DNA of 64,000 nucleotides, taken from positions 26,040,001 through 26,104,000 of the forward strand of contig CM060732.1 of the NCBI GenBank assembly GCA_030704615.1, given 5' to 3'. This document shows, in pieces, positions 62,730 to 64,000 of the stretch; the first letter of the stretch is position 1, and each line of letters begins with the position of its first letter. Source of the stretch: Takakia lepidozioides. Lineage: Eukaryota > Plantae > Bryophyta. The notes under the pieces were generated by a model. That model was not told the origin of the DNA and searched no databases. It worked only from the letters and a program-made list of their open reading frames with translations. The position numbers and the translations under genes were made by a program.

Positions 62730-64000
62730 AGCGCTATAACTGCTTCCACGACAATAGGACCCTCTCTAAACAGAGGACTCGGATATGGGGCTTGCTTCTT
62801 CCTCCACTAAACCCCTGGGCTCACGCTTAGAGGGCAAAGCGTGAGCCGAGCTCCTGGGCTCACGCGGCTAGGCTCACACCGTAGCTGCGCTCGTCCTCTG
62901 GTAGCAGGAAAGTGATGGAGGTGTTAGCCACCGCATTGGAGGAGATGTTAAACTGATTTTCCCCCGCCAGTACTATCTCCCTGTTCGTGTTTGGCTGCAA
63001 CAGGGGCTGTTTTCCTTTCTCCTTCAGCATTTCGTAATGTTCGTCCACCCATTTAAGACCTTGCTCGAAGATCTGCTTGGTGCGAGCCTATTCATTTGGA
63101 TCCTTGACCCTGCAGGAGAGAAAGTACTTGTACACCCAAATCCACGAGTTATGGGCACCCGTGGTATCCAGACCTCTACTGTATATCACTGGCATGACAT
63201 GGACAATCGCTAAATCAGGATGAGAGTCATTGTTAACTACCATGATGCCAATGTGTTGAATGTGATTTAAAGTGAGGTTCAAATTAGGGAAGAACTCCTG
63301 GAGCACCTCTAAGGTGAGTGCGAGCATGATATCTCTTTCCTTTCCTACTCCAAATTGAAGGGCAATGGCCTCTGTAACCCATGCTGTCTGAAACCCTTCC
63401 TTGATATTTGAGAGGAAAAATTTGGTGTAGTCATCAATGAAGTTGTACAGAAGTGGGGTGACACAGATTGCCGCCTTCTCCCTTGCGTAGTTTGAACCCG
63501 GTGCCCATCCAAGTAGGGGCTTTCATTTGAAGGAGTGAAGTTCCAGGAAAGAGATTGCCAGGCTGCCACTGTCTAGTTGTTGGAGGTCGGATTCTGTGAA
63601 GGGAAAGGAGGCCCAAGCCTCCATGATTCTTACAGGGAAGAAGCCAGAGCTAGAGGGTCTTTTGGGCGAGGTGGGGGCCGACAATTCTACACTTCTTCTC
63701 CTTTTTTTGAGGTGTGCAGCTTGTCATTGACTGTGATGTATTCGTTGGTGTCCATTGCCATAGCCTCCGGCACTTGTAGATTTTGACATTGATTTGAGAT
63801 GCTTTGCAGAGGCTGCGAAGAGCCTTCATCTTTCCTTGTGAATTTTGCGCCTGGGCAGTCTGCCTTGACATGTCCTTCAGCATTGCACCGAAAGTAGATA
63901 ACAGCAAGTACCTCCTCCTTTATGGCCACTACTATGAACGAGTCATCCAGAGTTGGTAACTTGATGGAGCTGCCGATTTTGGCATTATCTGGCATGAGGA
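62730..64000 (-). mobile_element. L1-type ORF1 remnant (CCHC knuckle), running off the window
   Basis: IKLPTLDDSFIV..VI(Y)FRCNAEGHVKADC followed by a low-complexity basic tail. Confidence 0.6.

Overview
Eukaryotic nuclear DNA with spliceosomal introns from a land plant. A DYW domain, a PLS-PPR fragment and double-AP2 genes are present; a non-seed plant such as a bryophyte is my guess, not proven. The window is dominated by nested, mostly decayed transposons. Left (about 0.9-20 kb): a probable Mutator-like element with a Ulp1 protease gene (+) converging on a decayed SWIM/MULE transposase (-), with PPR and SKIP31-like gene fragments between them. Middle (21-36 kb): two divergent double-AP2 paralogues (one split across strands), a DCD exon and an orphan DYW domain. 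Right (37.5-64 kb): an L1 LINE, an intron-containing gene with a beta-class N4C/N6A methyltransferase-like fold, a Ty3/gypsy retrotransposon, a GCM-type MULE transposase and an L1 ORF1 remnant. The top finding is that the Ty3/gypsy pol carries a motif-intact DNMT3-like C5-cytosine methyltransferase between protease and RT, about 5 kb from the second, unrelated methyltransferase-like gene. About 14.0-15.1 kb looks like low-quality sequence. All homology calls come from motif recognition by eye; no searches were run.
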